Shown piece by piece: positions 20,273-29,147 of a stretch of 64,000 nucleotides of DNA. The notes under the pieces were generated by a model. The model saw only the letters and a list, made by a program, of their open reading frames with translations. It had not been told where the DNA came from and did no database searches. The DNA is from Candidatus Latescibacterota bacterium. Lineage in GTDB: Bacteria; Krumholzibacteriota; Krumholzibacteriia; WVZY01; JAKEHA01. The translations under genes and the position numbers were made by a program. Each line of letters starts with the position of its first letter. Positions within the stretch are counted from its first letter, which is position 1. The stretch covers positions 352,001 to 416,000 of the forward strand of contig OY970173.1 in NCBI GenBank assembly GCA_963707635.1, read 5' to 3'.

Positions 20273-21460
20273 CTACTTGTAGAGCGCCTTGACGCCGCCC
20301 CAGGTTGTGCTCTCTGTGCCAATAGCGGCTTGCGCCGTCGCCGAGCTTCCCAGATCCCTCCACTCCACCAGGCTCCATTGTGGCGCACTGTCGGTTCCGT
20401 CGTTGCGCACCGTGAACTGCGCGAGTGCCCCGGGAACTTCGGAATACGTCTGATCCGGAACCATCTCGAACGTGAAGTCGTAGAGCACGGTCGCCGTATG
20501 CCAGGTCTCTCCTGGGAAGTCCTCGGGGATCACCGCGACCCACTGGACCCCGCTTTCGAGTTTCAGGTCCATGCGGATATAGCGGCACGTGGGATAAGGC
20601 GGCTCATTGAGGTTTTGGTCGAACAACTTCAATGTCACGCGCAACTCGTTGTCACGGCCCCACTGCTCGGGGATGTTCCCGCCGACATCACCGGGAGCGA
20701 AAAAGAACGTGAAGTTGTCGTCGAGCAGCTCGCCGAATCTCGTGGCGTTCCTCCGGTTGTACGAAGCCTCGAGATCGGCCAGGACTTCCTCGCGCGGGAA
20801 TACGGCTCCGACATACATCGCCTTGATCTGGCCCCAGCTGGCCGATTCCGTGGAAGCGGGGCTCTGCAGGGCCGCGGAGCCTCCCGACAAATCTCTCCAC
20901 GCCACCAGCCGCCACTGCGGCGCGTCGTCGGTCCCCACATTGCGTACTGTGATCTGCGCTCGCGTGCCGGGCACGGCGATGTACGTACCGTCCGGTGCTA
21001 TCTCCATGGTGAACTCGTAGTACACGGTCGTCGTGTGCCACGTCTCGGTCGGATAGGCAGGCGGGATGGTGTCCGTCCAGGACACACCGCTCTCGAACTT
21101 CAGGTCCATGCGGATCGAGCGCCACACGGGAACGCCGGGGGTATTGAGATACGGATCAAACAGCATCGTCGTGACGGATGTCTCTTCGACGCTTCCCCAG
21201 TGCGTCGGGACAGCACCGCGAACATCTCCCGGAGCGAAGTAGAATATGAAGTCGGGGTCGAGCAGCGAGTCGAATTGGGCAATAGCACGCTCGTTGTACG
21301 ACAACTCGAGGTTATTCAGGACGTGTTCGCGCTCGGTGAGGGGTTGGAACGTCTTCGGGGGAGGGCATGGGTCGCACCCGCCGACCACTTCCTCATCTCC
21401 GCAGGCCAGAAACAACAAGGCGCCGGCCATCAGTGCGGCCAGGCACCATCGAACGTTCAT
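20273..21460 (-). CDS. Lipoprotein, tandem paralog with two repeat domains (internal SWGQIKAMY, terminal TWGGVKALYK)
   Basis: ATG 21460 after GGAG RBS, lipobox LFLAC, two copies of the ~160-aa domain. Confidence 0.8.
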   Translation of the reverse strand: MNVRWCLAALMAGALLFLACGDEEVVGGCDPCPPPKTFQPLTEREHVLNNLELSYNERAIAQFDSLLDPDFIFYFAPGDVRGAVPTHWGSVEETSVTTMLFDPYLNTPGVPVWRSIRMDLKFESGVSWTDTIPPAYPTETWHTTTVYYEFTMEIAPDGTYIAVPGTRAQITVRNVGTDDAPQWRLVAWRDLSGGSAALQSPASTESASWGQIKAMYVGAVFPREEVLADLEASYNRRNATRFGELLDDNFTFFFAPGDVGGNIPEQWGRDNELRVTLKLFDQNLNEPPYPTCRYIRMDLKLESGVQWVAVIPEDFPGETWHTATVLYDFTFEMVPDQTYSEVPGALAQFTVRNDGTDSAPQWSLVEWRDLGSSATAQAAIGTESTTWGGVKALYK

Positions 21461-21472
21461 TCCTATCTCCCG

Positions 21473-21508
21473 AAAAGCGAAAGAGGCACCGGCCTCGCCG
21501 GTGCCTCT
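21473..21508 (-). terminator. Intrinsic terminator-like hairpin after first lipoprotein paralog
   Basis: 11-bp stem agaggcaccgg/ccggtgcctct followed by TTCGCTTTT on the minus strand. Confidence 0.55.
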
Positions 21509-21521
21509 CGAAGAAGGGCTG

Positions 21522-22124
21522 CTAGTTACTCCCGGCGAGATCTCGCCACTCGACCAGTTTGTACAGCGGATCGGCGGCGGTTCCGGTATTGCGCACCGTG
21601 AACTGCGCCTGCGAACCGGGCACGGCGATAAGGTCATGTCCGGATTCATCTCGAACGTGAATTCGTAGTACACGGTCGTCGTGTACCACGTCTCGGTGGG
21701 ATAGTCCTCGGGGATCACGTCGACCCACTGCACCCCGCTCTCGAACTTCAGATCCATGCGGATCGAGCGGCAGGTGGGATACGGCGGCTCGTTGAGGCTC
21801 TTGTCGAAGAGCTTGGAGGCCACGCGCAACTCGTCGAGCGCGCCCCCACTGGTCGGGAATGTTTCCGCCCACGTCTCCCGGCGAAAAGAAGAACGTGAAG
21901 TTCGGATCCAGGAGGTCGTCGTACGGGGAATACTTCTGCGTCGAGTACGCCACTTCGAGATTATTGAGAACGGCCTCCCGGGTGGTAAGAGGCATGATTG
22001 TCTTTACTTCTATAGGCTCGGGGGGAATATCGTCCTTGGGCTTCTCATCGGGGTTCAAAAAACACGACGATGTGCTCATGACCAGCACGATCGACCACAA
22101 TACCGACAGGTTTCTCCTACACAT
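21522..22124 (-). CDS. Lipoprotein, tandem paralog (one domain; compensating indels near 21837 and 21631)
   Basis: MCRRNLSVLWSIVLVMSTSSC signal; the middle of the domain (VASKLFDKSL...EMNPDMT) lies in a shifted frame relative to the paralogs. Confidence 0.7.
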   Translation of the reverse strand: MCRRNLSVLWSIVLVMSTSSCFLNPDEKPKDDIPPEPIEVKTIMPLTTREAVLNNLEVAYSTQKYSPYDDLLDPNFTFFFSPGDVGGNIPDQWGRARRVARGLQALRQEPQRAAVSHLPLDPHGSEVRERGAVGRRDPRGLSHRDVVHDDRVLRIHVRDESGHDLIAVPGSQAQFTVRNTGTAADPLYKLVEWRDLAGSN

Positions 22125-22169
22125 CGCCAACTGTCCTTTCCGCGAAGAGCCGCGCTGAAAAGCCATTGT

Positions 22170-22199
22170 ATGATACCACGCATTGCAGTCTAAGGTCAA
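22170..22199 (-). promoter_or_regulatory. Putative promoter for lipoprotein array
   Basis: TTGACC-N18-TATCAT with extended -10 TG. Confidence 0.4.
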
Positions 22200-22256
22200 G
22201 AACTTGAATGGGTTACCCCATATCCTCCATGAGTGTGTACATGTCTCCTGCTTCCT

Positions 22257-22859
22257 CTAGGGGTTGAGTCGTAACCTCAAGATTCCCTTAAGGAATCCCC
22301 ACGTCGAAAATCCGGCCACGGTCTCCACTTCATTCCAGAAGGTCACCCGCCAGTTGCCGCCCTCGTTGCGCACATCGAACTCGGCCACGCCCGCGTAGTG
22401 GGTCGTGTCGGTCGGGCTGGCGGCCGGGATCACGTCCAGCGTGTAGTCCACGCGGTAACGCACGAACGTGTTCTTGTTGATGAGCACGCTCGGGGTGAAG
22501 CTGACGTTGATCTTCTGCGCGTCGGACAGAAGCAACCGCACCACATCCATTTCGACCGGCTTGGTCCAGTTGTCGTACACCCCGGTTCCGATGAAATTCT
22601 GATCGAGCGAATCGGTCAGCGTCGGCGAAAACACGAAATTCGCACTGATGGCTCGTTCGTAGTTTGCATCCTGCTTGCATTCCTCCAGCGATTTCTCGAT
22701 CGCCACGAAGGCTTGCACCGGCGTATCCAGCGAAACCACCGGGCAGTCGGAACCCGTAATTGGCTCCTGGGCGTCGCGCGTATCGAACTGGCACGCCGGC
22801 GTTTGCAACAGCATTGCGTACGTTAGCATCCACGTCAGAATTCTCCGGGCCGCCTTCAT
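22257..22859 (-). CDS. Lipoprotein, distant homolog of the array domain (ends STWGFLKG...)
   Basis: ATG 22859, TPAC lipobox-like; NFVFSP, W....E, AEFDVRN...W....W pattern matches the array domain. Confidence 0.7.
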   Translation of the reverse strand: MKAARRILTWMLTYAMLLQTPACQFDTRDAQEPITGSDCPVVSLDTPVQAFVAIEKSLEECKQDANYERAISANFVFSPTLTDSLDQNFIGTGVYDNWTKPVEMDVVRLLLSDAQKINVSFTPSVLINKNTFVRYRVDYTLDVIPAASPTDTTHYAGVAEFDVRNEGGNWRVTFWNEVETVAGFSTWGFLKGILRLRLNP

Positions 22860-22861
22860 CG

Positions 22862-24832
22862 CTAGAATGGGTACGAAAACTCCGAACGGGCGTCCCAGTA
22901 GTTCTTCTCTGCTTCCGCGCCAAACGGGCTGAACCGCTTCACCCGCGCCACCGTGAACGAGAGCTTGCGGCCGCTCCCCCAGTCGTAGTCTCCCATCGTC
23001 CCCACCCGGATCTGGCCGTCGGTCGTGACCGTCTTCGTGTCCGACGCAAGAAAACGATTCTCGAAACGGCTGTAGAGATTCTCGCCGAACACCTTCACGC
23101 GCGGGTTGACCCGGTAATCCACCCGGATGTTGGTACGGTCCCGGCGGTCTTCCGACTGCACGTCGAGCAGATCCTCCCCGGTCGCCGGATCCGGCAGGTA
23201 CGAACCCGTGTCGTGCAGGTAGAGCGCGTATTCGAACTTGAAGTCGATGTCTCTCATCGGCCTGAACAGGAATGTGTTCGTAAAGGTGAGGTTTCGGTCG
23301 AGGTAATTGTCCGTCGACTTGTAGGTGTAATCGGTGAACTCGATCGCGAGGCCGTAGCTCTGGGTGATGGTGAGCCACTGATTCATCGTGTACGTGAAAC
23401 CCGGTCGTAACTCGTAGAGGCTGCGCGTGCGGTTGTTACCCGATTCGCTGGCATCGATGTTGATGAACTCGGACCCCGAGTACGCGACGTTGATCGTCGC
23501 CACAATCGGCTTGAACGGTGTCGACGACAGGCGCAGATTCACGCTGGAGTCCACCTGATCGCGATCGCGTGGGTTCGCCTCGTAGTCGAGATAGAACGAC
23601 TGCAAAAGCTGGGTCGACCCGTTGAGGTCCACAGTGAGCGTCGGAGTGAACTGGTGGGAGATCCCCAGCCGGACGAGCTTGCGCTTGTCGGTCAGGCTGC
23701 TCACCGACTGCGGTCCGAGGTCGCGGAGCGTCGAGTTTCCTTCGAACGACACGGTCGCCCTGGATTTCCATGGCAGCTGATAGTCGATCGTGCCGGTGAA
23801 CCCGTCGGAGGTGGTGTTGCTGAATCGTTCTTTCTGGATCGCGTAGTCGAACACGTCCTCGGCGTGGTTCGCGCTCAAGTTGAGGCCGAATTTCAACGGA
23901 AGCCGGGACGTCAGGGTAAGCGTCGTGTTGCGCACATCGTGGAACTCGGTCTCTTCGAACACGTTCTCCGCCCCTTCGAGCTGGCCCCCGAGCGACCCGC
24001 GAGCCTGGTCGGTGAAAACACGGTCGGCGTGATAGTCCACGTAGTCCGCGGCAAAGCGGATGCTGTCCGAAAATGCCACGCGGGCGCTCGCCGAAAGCGA
24101 GTCCTCCGAGGCGCCCAGCCCGTGGAACGTCGAATCGGCCGTGGTCGAGCGCTGGTCGGATGCGCCGGTTCCCGTTCGTCCCACCAACAACAAGCGGTGG
24201 TCCAGGGCCTCAAAGGCAACGCCGCCGAATACGCCTCCCGCGAGCGTCTGGTCGGTCTTGAAGGTGCGCTCGCCGTTGACCACGCTCCCTTTCACGGTGG
24301 CATCCATCCGCACGTCCCCGAATCTCTGCACGTATCCGACATTGCTCGACAGCGAGAGGTCATTCACGATGAAATCCTGGACCCCGCCGCCGACGGCGAT
24401 CGAGCGGTTGAACACCCGGTTGTCCGCGTAGGTCACGGTCCCGATCAGGTCGGGTCGAAACGTCTGTGACAGGCTGGCCGACATGCGCTTGTTATCTTCG
24501 AGCCGATTCTGCAACCGGTAGTTCTTCTTGTCCCCGCTCAACACGAAGGTGAACGAGCTTTTCCATGGCAGCCGTATGAAGGTTCTCAATTCGTTGGCCA
24601 TGCCCACGCTCGACACGTCACCGGTGATCCGGTTCGAAAACGTCGGTGAAAACACGTAGCGCGGTGTGAACTTGATCAGTGAATCCGTCGCGGCACTGGT
24701 GATGGCTGTGAGCGCAGAGTCCGCCGGCACATTGCCACTCACCTGCGCGCGGACCGAAGCGGCGAACGCGCCGAGACCGAGCGTCGCCGTCACCGTCAAC
24801 AACACCCGCCGTGTCAAACGCATGGAGTCCAT
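22862..24832 (-). CDS. Putative outer-membrane beta-barrel protein
   Basis: Signal peptide, alternating amphipathic beta-strands throughout, C-terminal Phe (EFSYPF). Confidence 0.7.
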   Translation of the reverse strand: MDSMRLTRRVLLTVTATLGLGAFAASVRAQVSGNVPADSALTAITSAATDSLIKFTPRYVFSPTFSNRITGDVSSVGMANELRTFIRLPWKSSFTFVLSGDKKNYRLQNRLEDNKRMSASLSQTFRPDLIGTVTYADNRVFNRSIAVGGGVQDFIVNDLSLSSNVGYVQRFGDVRMDATVKGSVVNGERTFKTDQTLAGGVFGGVAFEALDHRLLLVGRTGTGASDQRSTTADSTFHGLGASEDSLSASARVAFSDSIRFAADYVDYHADRVFTDQARGSLGGQLEGAENVFEETEFHDVRNTTLTLTSRLPLKFGLNLSANHAEDVFDYAIQKERFSNTTSDGFTGTIDYQLPWKSRATVSFEGNSTLRDLGPQSVSSLTDKRKLVRLGISHQFTPTLTVDLNGSTQLLQSFYLDYEANPRDRDQVDSSVNLRLSSTPFKPIVATINVAYSGSEFINIDASESGNNRTRSLYELRPGFTYTMNQWLTITQSYGLAIEFTDYTYKSTDNYLDRNLTFTNTFLFRPMRDIDFKFEYALYLHDTGSYLPDPATGEDLLDVQSEDRRDRTNIRVDYRVNPRVKVFGENLYSRFENRFLASDTKTVTTDGQIRVGTMGDYDWGSGRKLSFTVARVKRFSPFGAEAEKNYWDARSEFSYPF

Positions 24833-24850
24833 TCCGTCCGGTCGAGGGGG

Positions 24851-25729
24851 TCACACGCGCGCCGCGCTCACCCGTTGCGCGAGCGCGATGAACTGTTCCT
24901 TCGCCAGCGCCTCGGGGCGCGCCTGCAGGTCGACCCCCGCCTCGTCGGCAATCTTGGTCAGCGTCTCTTCCGGCAGCGGGTAGAATGCGCGCAGGGTGTT
25001 GTGGATGGTTTTTCGCCGCTGCTGGAACAGATTCTTGACCAGAGCGAGAAAGGGTTCGACCTCGTCGCCCGAAATGAGCGGCCGCGCCAGCGGAAAGAAG
25101 GCCAGGACGATCGACGCCACCTGGGGCCTCGGAAAGAACGACCCCGCTGCAACCTTCGTGACAACGCGGATGTCGTAGAGACTCTGGAGCACGACGCTCG
25201 GAATCCCGTAGACCCGGCTCCCGGGCGGGGAAACCACCCGCTCGCCCACTTCGCGCTGCATCATGATCACCGCGCGCGACACCTCGCTGCGCGCGTCGAC
25301 CAGAAAGTCGAAGAGCACGTTGCGGGTGAGGTAGTACGGAATGTTTCCGATCAACACGCACCGTTCATATCCCCTTTGGCGCAGGAGGTCGCGCAGCGTC
25401 ACGGTCGTGAAATCGACGCTCACGATCTCGATCCGTTCACGCGCGGCGCTCCCGGCGCCCAGTTTCAGGTCGAATTCCGCGCCCAGCTCCGCGACCAGGT
25501 CGCGGTCCAGCTCGAGCGCGAGGAGCCGGGGTCCGCGCTCCGCGATGAGCTTCGTCAGGACCCCGTGCCCGGGGCCCAGCTCCACCACGACATCGTCGGG
25601 CCCCAACGCGGCGGCGGCGACGATCCTCGCGGCAATGCCGCGGTCGTGGAGAAAGTTCTGGCCGAAGCGCTTGCGGGGGCGAAACCGGCCCTGATTCAAT
25701 TGGCTACTCGTTGTCGAAGGTACGCGCAA
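24851..25729 (-). CDS. rsmA: 16S rRNA m6,2A dimethyltransferase RsmA/KsgA
   Basis: KRFGQNFL, ELGPGHGVLT, GNIPYY, MQREV, FFPRPQV, FQQRRKT. Confidence 0.96.
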   Translation of the reverse strand: MRVPSTTSSQLNQGRFRPRKRFGQNFLHDRGIAARIVAAAALGPDDVVVELGPGHGVLTKLIAERGPRLLALELDRDLVAELGAEFDLKLGAGSAARERIEIVSVDFTTVTLRDLLRQRGYERCVLIGNIPYYLTRNVLFDFLVDARSEVSRAVIMMQREVGERVVSPPGSRVYGIPSVVLQSLYDIRVVTKVAAGSFFPRPQVASIVLAFFPLARPLISGDEVEPFLALVKNLFQQRRKTIHNTLRAFYPLPEETLTKIADEAGVDLQARPEALAKEQFIALAQRVSAARV

Positions 25730-25836
25730 ACTTCGCGCGGTCGTCAGGGGGATGACGAACGATCCGATACCAGTGGAAAGAGAGGGAACCTCCTGGCCGC
25801 GCCCTGTTTAGAGGTATGGGTGCAGCTTTGTGGCCT

Positions 25837-25902
25837 AGTATAGCCTCTTCTCGGGCCGGGCGTCAAGGGCCCCTTGACTCCCCGGATGCTGGTTCCTAGA
25901 TT
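25837..25902. promoter_or_regulatory. Back-to-back divergent sigma70-like promoters (rsmA / tonB-like gene)
   Basis: Minus: TTGACG-N18-TATACT (25866-25837); plus: TTGACT-N17-TAGATT (25874-25902). Confidence 0.55.
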
Positions 25903-25952
25903 GCAGCTAGCCCCGTCGAGTAGTTGAGCTGCCGCCCCGGAAGGAGTGCGCC

Positions 25953-26681
25953 ATGGTCAACGATCGACCCCACGCTGCGTTTTCGATTGCTTCCACTCAC
26001 CGCCTGCCACTGACAGGTGAGTTTCACCCGCTGCGCCGGGAGTTCGAACGATGGCTGGCGACGGGCAACCTCATCACGCTGTTGCTTGCGATCTCGATCT
26101 TCTCGATCTGGTATTTCGGGCGGGAGATCCCGGTCACCGAGGTCACGCTTTTCCACCCGCGGGTGATCGACGTCAGCAAGGTGCCGGTGCCGCCGCCCAC
26201 TCCAGGCGGGCCGCCCGTTAACTACCGGACAACCGTTCCGCCGAAGAACTTCTATCCGGAGCCGGTCGAGGATCCGGACACGAACGCCACCATCCCCACA
26301 CAGGATGACCTTCGTAGTTGGGGACCGGGGCCCGACGAGGTGGTGAACCCGGGCGACATCATCATTGTTCCAGAACCGGAGGCGCCGGGAACTGCGTACC
26401 AGGTGTTCGACGAACTCCCCGTTCTCATTAGCGTCGAGCCGCCGGTCTATCCCCAGATCGTGCGCGATGCCGGCATCGACGGGACCGTCGAGGTGCAGGT
26501 GCTCATCGGGCGAAACGGCCGTGTGAAGGAGGCCCGCGCCGTGAGCGGCAGCGACGTGCTCCACGCCGCCGCGGTCGCCTCGGCGCGTACGGCGGTGTTC
26601 AAACCGGCACTCCAGGGTACCCGCCCGGTCGAGGTCCTGATCGTGATTCCGGTCGTGTTCCAGCTCCAGGGTGGCCACTAG
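25953..26681 (+). CDS. TonB-family energy transducer
   Basis: Single TM, Pro-rich linker, C-terminal PVYP...GIDGTV.V...IG.NGRV...FKPA....PV domain. Confidence 0.85.
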   Translation: MVNDRPHAAFSIASTHRLPLTGEFHPLRREFERWLATGNLITLLLAISIFSIWYFGREIPVTEVTLFHPRVIDVSKVPVPPPTPGGPPVNYRTTVPPKNFYPEPVEDPDTNATIPTQDDLRSWGPGPDEVVNPGDIIIVPEPEAPGTAYQVFDELPVLISVEPPVYPQIVRDAGIDGTVEVQVLIGRNGRVKEARAVSGSDVLHAAAVASARTAVFKPALQGTRPVEVLIVIPVVFQLQGGH

Positions 26682-26754
26682 GTTCGCGGCCTCGCAGAGG
26701 CAGCGTGTGGTGGTATACTCCTCGGGCCGTCGTCCCCGGAACAAGGAGGCCATT

Positions 26755-27819
26755 GTGAATCTCAAGTCTGTCGTGATCGGAGCCGGCGCGATCTGCCTGC
26801 TCGCGGGCGCAGTAAGCGCCGACGTCCGCTGGAGCGATGAAACCTACGCGCAGGTTCTCACCCGCGCGAGAGCGGAGAAGAAGTACGTCTTCATCGACTT
26901 CTACGCCACCTGGTGCGGGCCGTGCAAACGGCTCGACGAGTCGACATACCCCGACGCGAAGGCGAGCGAGCTGCTGAACTCCATGATCGCGGTCAAGTGG
27001 GACGCGGAGAAGGATCCGTGGCTCGCGACCGCGAAGCAATACAAGGTGCACGCCTACCCGTCGCTGATCGTGCTCGATCCGAACGGCGTGGAAGTCGACC
27101 GCCACCTGGGGTATCTGCCTCCCGAAGAATTCGTCGCCACCATCGACGGATTCCGCAACGGCGTCGGCACGACGGCCGCCCTCGCCGCGCAATTGAGCAA
27201 GTCGCCCAACGATGCGGATCTGCTCTATCAGATCGGCATGAAGTACGCGGACTCGGGGCGCTCCGATGAAGCCACCGACGTTCTCACCCGGGCGATGTCG
27301 CTCGACCCCAAGGACGCGAAGGGTCGAAACGCGGAGATGCTCTACGCGCTTGGCGCCGCCCACTATAACAACGACCAGTTCGCAGAAGCGAAGCCCTACT
27401 TCGAACGGCTCACGAACGAATACGCGACCTCGGACTGGTACGAAGACGGCATGCATCGACTGGCCGGCACCGAGTACAAGCTCGGCAACAAGGACGCGGC
27501 CGTCGCCACCTACTGGAAGTCGACCGAGAAGAAGCAGGACGATGCGAACGCCTTGAACGGTTTCGCGTGGTTCTGCGCGCAGCGGAAGATCGGCCTGGAC
27601 AAGGCCCTGCCCGCGGCGCAGAAGGCCGCCGACCTCTCGGGCCGCGACCCGGGCATCCTCGACACGCTGGCGGAGGTCTATTTCGCGAAGGGCGACTTCG
27701 ACAACGCGATCAAGGTGGGCGAAGAGGCCCTCGCGAAGAAGCCGGACGACGTCTATTACAAGGACCAGGTCGCGAAGTTCAAGAAGGCGAAGGCGGACGC
27801 GGACCAGGCGAGACGGTAA
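26755..27819 (+). CDS. Secreted thioredoxin-fold protein with TPR repeats
   Basis: GTG after AAGGAGG; signal peptide; FYATWCGPCK and cis-Pro YP motif; C-terminal TPRs. Confidence 0.85.
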   Translation: MNLKSVVIGAGAICLLAGAVSADVRWSDETYAQVLTRARAEKKYVFIDFYATWCGPCKRLDESTYPDAKASELLNSMIAVKWDAEKDPWLATAKQYKVHAYPSLIVLDPNGVEVDRHLGYLPPEEFVATIDGFRNGVGTTAALAAQLSKSPNDADLLYQIGMKYADSGRSDEATDVLTRAMSLDPKDAKGRNAEMLYALGAAHYNNDQFAEAKPYFERLTNEYATSDWYEDGMHRLAGTEYKLGNKDAAVATYWKSTEKKQDDANALNGFAWFCAQRKIGLDKALPAAQKAADLSGRDPGILDTLAEVYFAKGDFDNAIKVGEEALAKKPDDVYYKDQVAKFKKAKADADQARR

Positions 27820-27822
27820 TTG

Positions 27823-28731
27823 TTACGCCGCCTGACGGTCGAGCTTCGGGCATAGCGACGGAATCTGCTCTGCGTACGGATCCAGCTTCACGCCGAATGT
27901 CGTCGTGAACACGGTCGCGTCGCAGATGTTGTCTTCGAGCAGCATGTAGAGCTCGTCGAGCGTCAGCGGGAACGACTTGAACCGCTGCGCGAACTTCACC
28001 ACCGGCTTGGCGAGCCGTGAGGGGACCGACACCGTGTTCGGCCACACGCCGTAGTGGCGCGCGATCGTGTACATGAGATCGACGAACGCCACCCGCTCCG
28101 GGCCGCCCGCCTCGTAGATCTTCCCCTGTGTTTCCGGCATCGTCACCGCGTGTGCGATTGGCTCCGCGATGTTGCGGAGCGATATCGGCTGCAGGAGCGC
28201 TTTGCCCCCGTCGATGACGGGGACGATCGGGCGATGAACCAGGTCGGCCACCAGCGGGTGAAACTCGTCGCCCGGCCCGAAAATGACCGAGGGCCGGAAG
28301 ATCGTCCAGCGCATCCCCGATTTGCGCACGATCTCTTCCGACTCGAACTTGGTGCGGTGGTAGCCCGACGGCGCGTCGGCGCGCGCGCCCAGCCCGCTCA
28401 AGTAGATCGCGCGCTCCACACCGCCCCGCTTCGCCGCGTCCATGATGGAGTAAGTCGCCTCGGTGTGCATCGCCTCGTAACTGATGCCGTCCTCCGGGCT
28501 CTCGCGGCGGATGCCGATCAGGTGCACGACCGCGTCGCACCCGTCGACGGCGCGCAGGCACGCGTGCGTGTCGAGCACATCGCCGGGGAGCACTTCGATG
28601 CCTTCGCGCGCGTCGATCTTGCCGACGCTCTGCGTTCGCACCAGCGCGCGAACCTCGTGGCCCTTCGCCTTGAGCTCGCGCCGGACCGCCGTGCCGACGA
28701 AGCCCGTCCCACCCGTGAGCAGAATCTTCAT
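27823..28731 (-). CDS. NAD(P)-dependent oxidoreductase, complex I NDUFA9-like family
   Basis: LLTGGTGFVG, YHRTK, IFRPSVIFGPGD. Confidence 0.85.
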   Translation of the reverse strand: MKILLTGGTGFVGTAVRRELKAKGHEVRALVRTQSVGKIDAREGIEVLPGDVLDTHACLRAVDGCDAVVHLIGIRRESPEDGISYEAMHTEATYSIMDAAKRGGVERAIYLSGLGARADAPSGYHRTKFESEEIVRKSGMRWTIFRPSVIFGPGDEFHPLVADLVHRPIVPVIDGGKALLQPISLRNIAEPIAHAVTMPETQGKIYEAGGPERVAFVDLMYTIARHYGVWPNTVSVPSRLAKPVVKFAQRFKSFPLTLDELYMLLEDNICDATVFTTTFGVKLDPYAEQIPSLCPKLDRQAA

Positions 28732-28733
28732 CG

Positions 28734-29135
28734 CTATTCGCTTCCCTTCCCGCAGACCGGACACTCGCTGATCACGCGGGCGAAAAAAACTTTGCACTCG
28801 TCGCAGTGGAGCATGTCGTCGCCGGCCTCGCCGCCTTCGAGCACCGCCCAGGTTTCGTCCTTGTCCTCGATGGGCACGTACAGCTCTACCATGCCTTCCT
28901 CGTTTTCCACCGCGATCGACGAGATCCCCTGGTCGTCGAGAAAGAAGCGCGTGGCGTCGACGCCGTCATTGCTCGAATACAGGACGATCATCTCCCACTC
29001 GCTCTCGTCCTCGAGCGCTTCGTGGTTCGAGCAGATCACGGCGTTGAAAATCGGCTGGAAGCACTCGCTGCACACCGGGTCGCCACAGACCGCGCAGATA
29101 CCGGCCATGGTCCCGTCGCTATGGTCACACTTCAT
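28734..29135 (-). CDS. Small Cys-rich zinc-binding protein (B-box-like N-terminus, C-terminal zinc ribbon)
   Basis: CxxC/CxxH pairs at both ends around an acidic central domain; fits operon spacing. Confidence 0.6.
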   Translation of the reverse strand: MKCDHSDGTMAGICAVCGDPVCSECFQPIFNAVICSNHEALEDESEWEMIVLYSSNDGVDATRFFLDDQGISSIAVENEEGMVELYVPIEDKDETWAVLEGGEAGDDMLHCDECKVFFARVISECPVCGKGSE

Positions 29136-29147
29136 CGTCTTTCCCTC

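Noticed and set aside
19617..22124. Diversity-generating retroelement (TR/VR) explanation for the near-identical repeats
   Set aside because: Differences between copies are mostly at synonymous positions and not adenine-specific; all copies are coding; no reverse transcriptase in the window.
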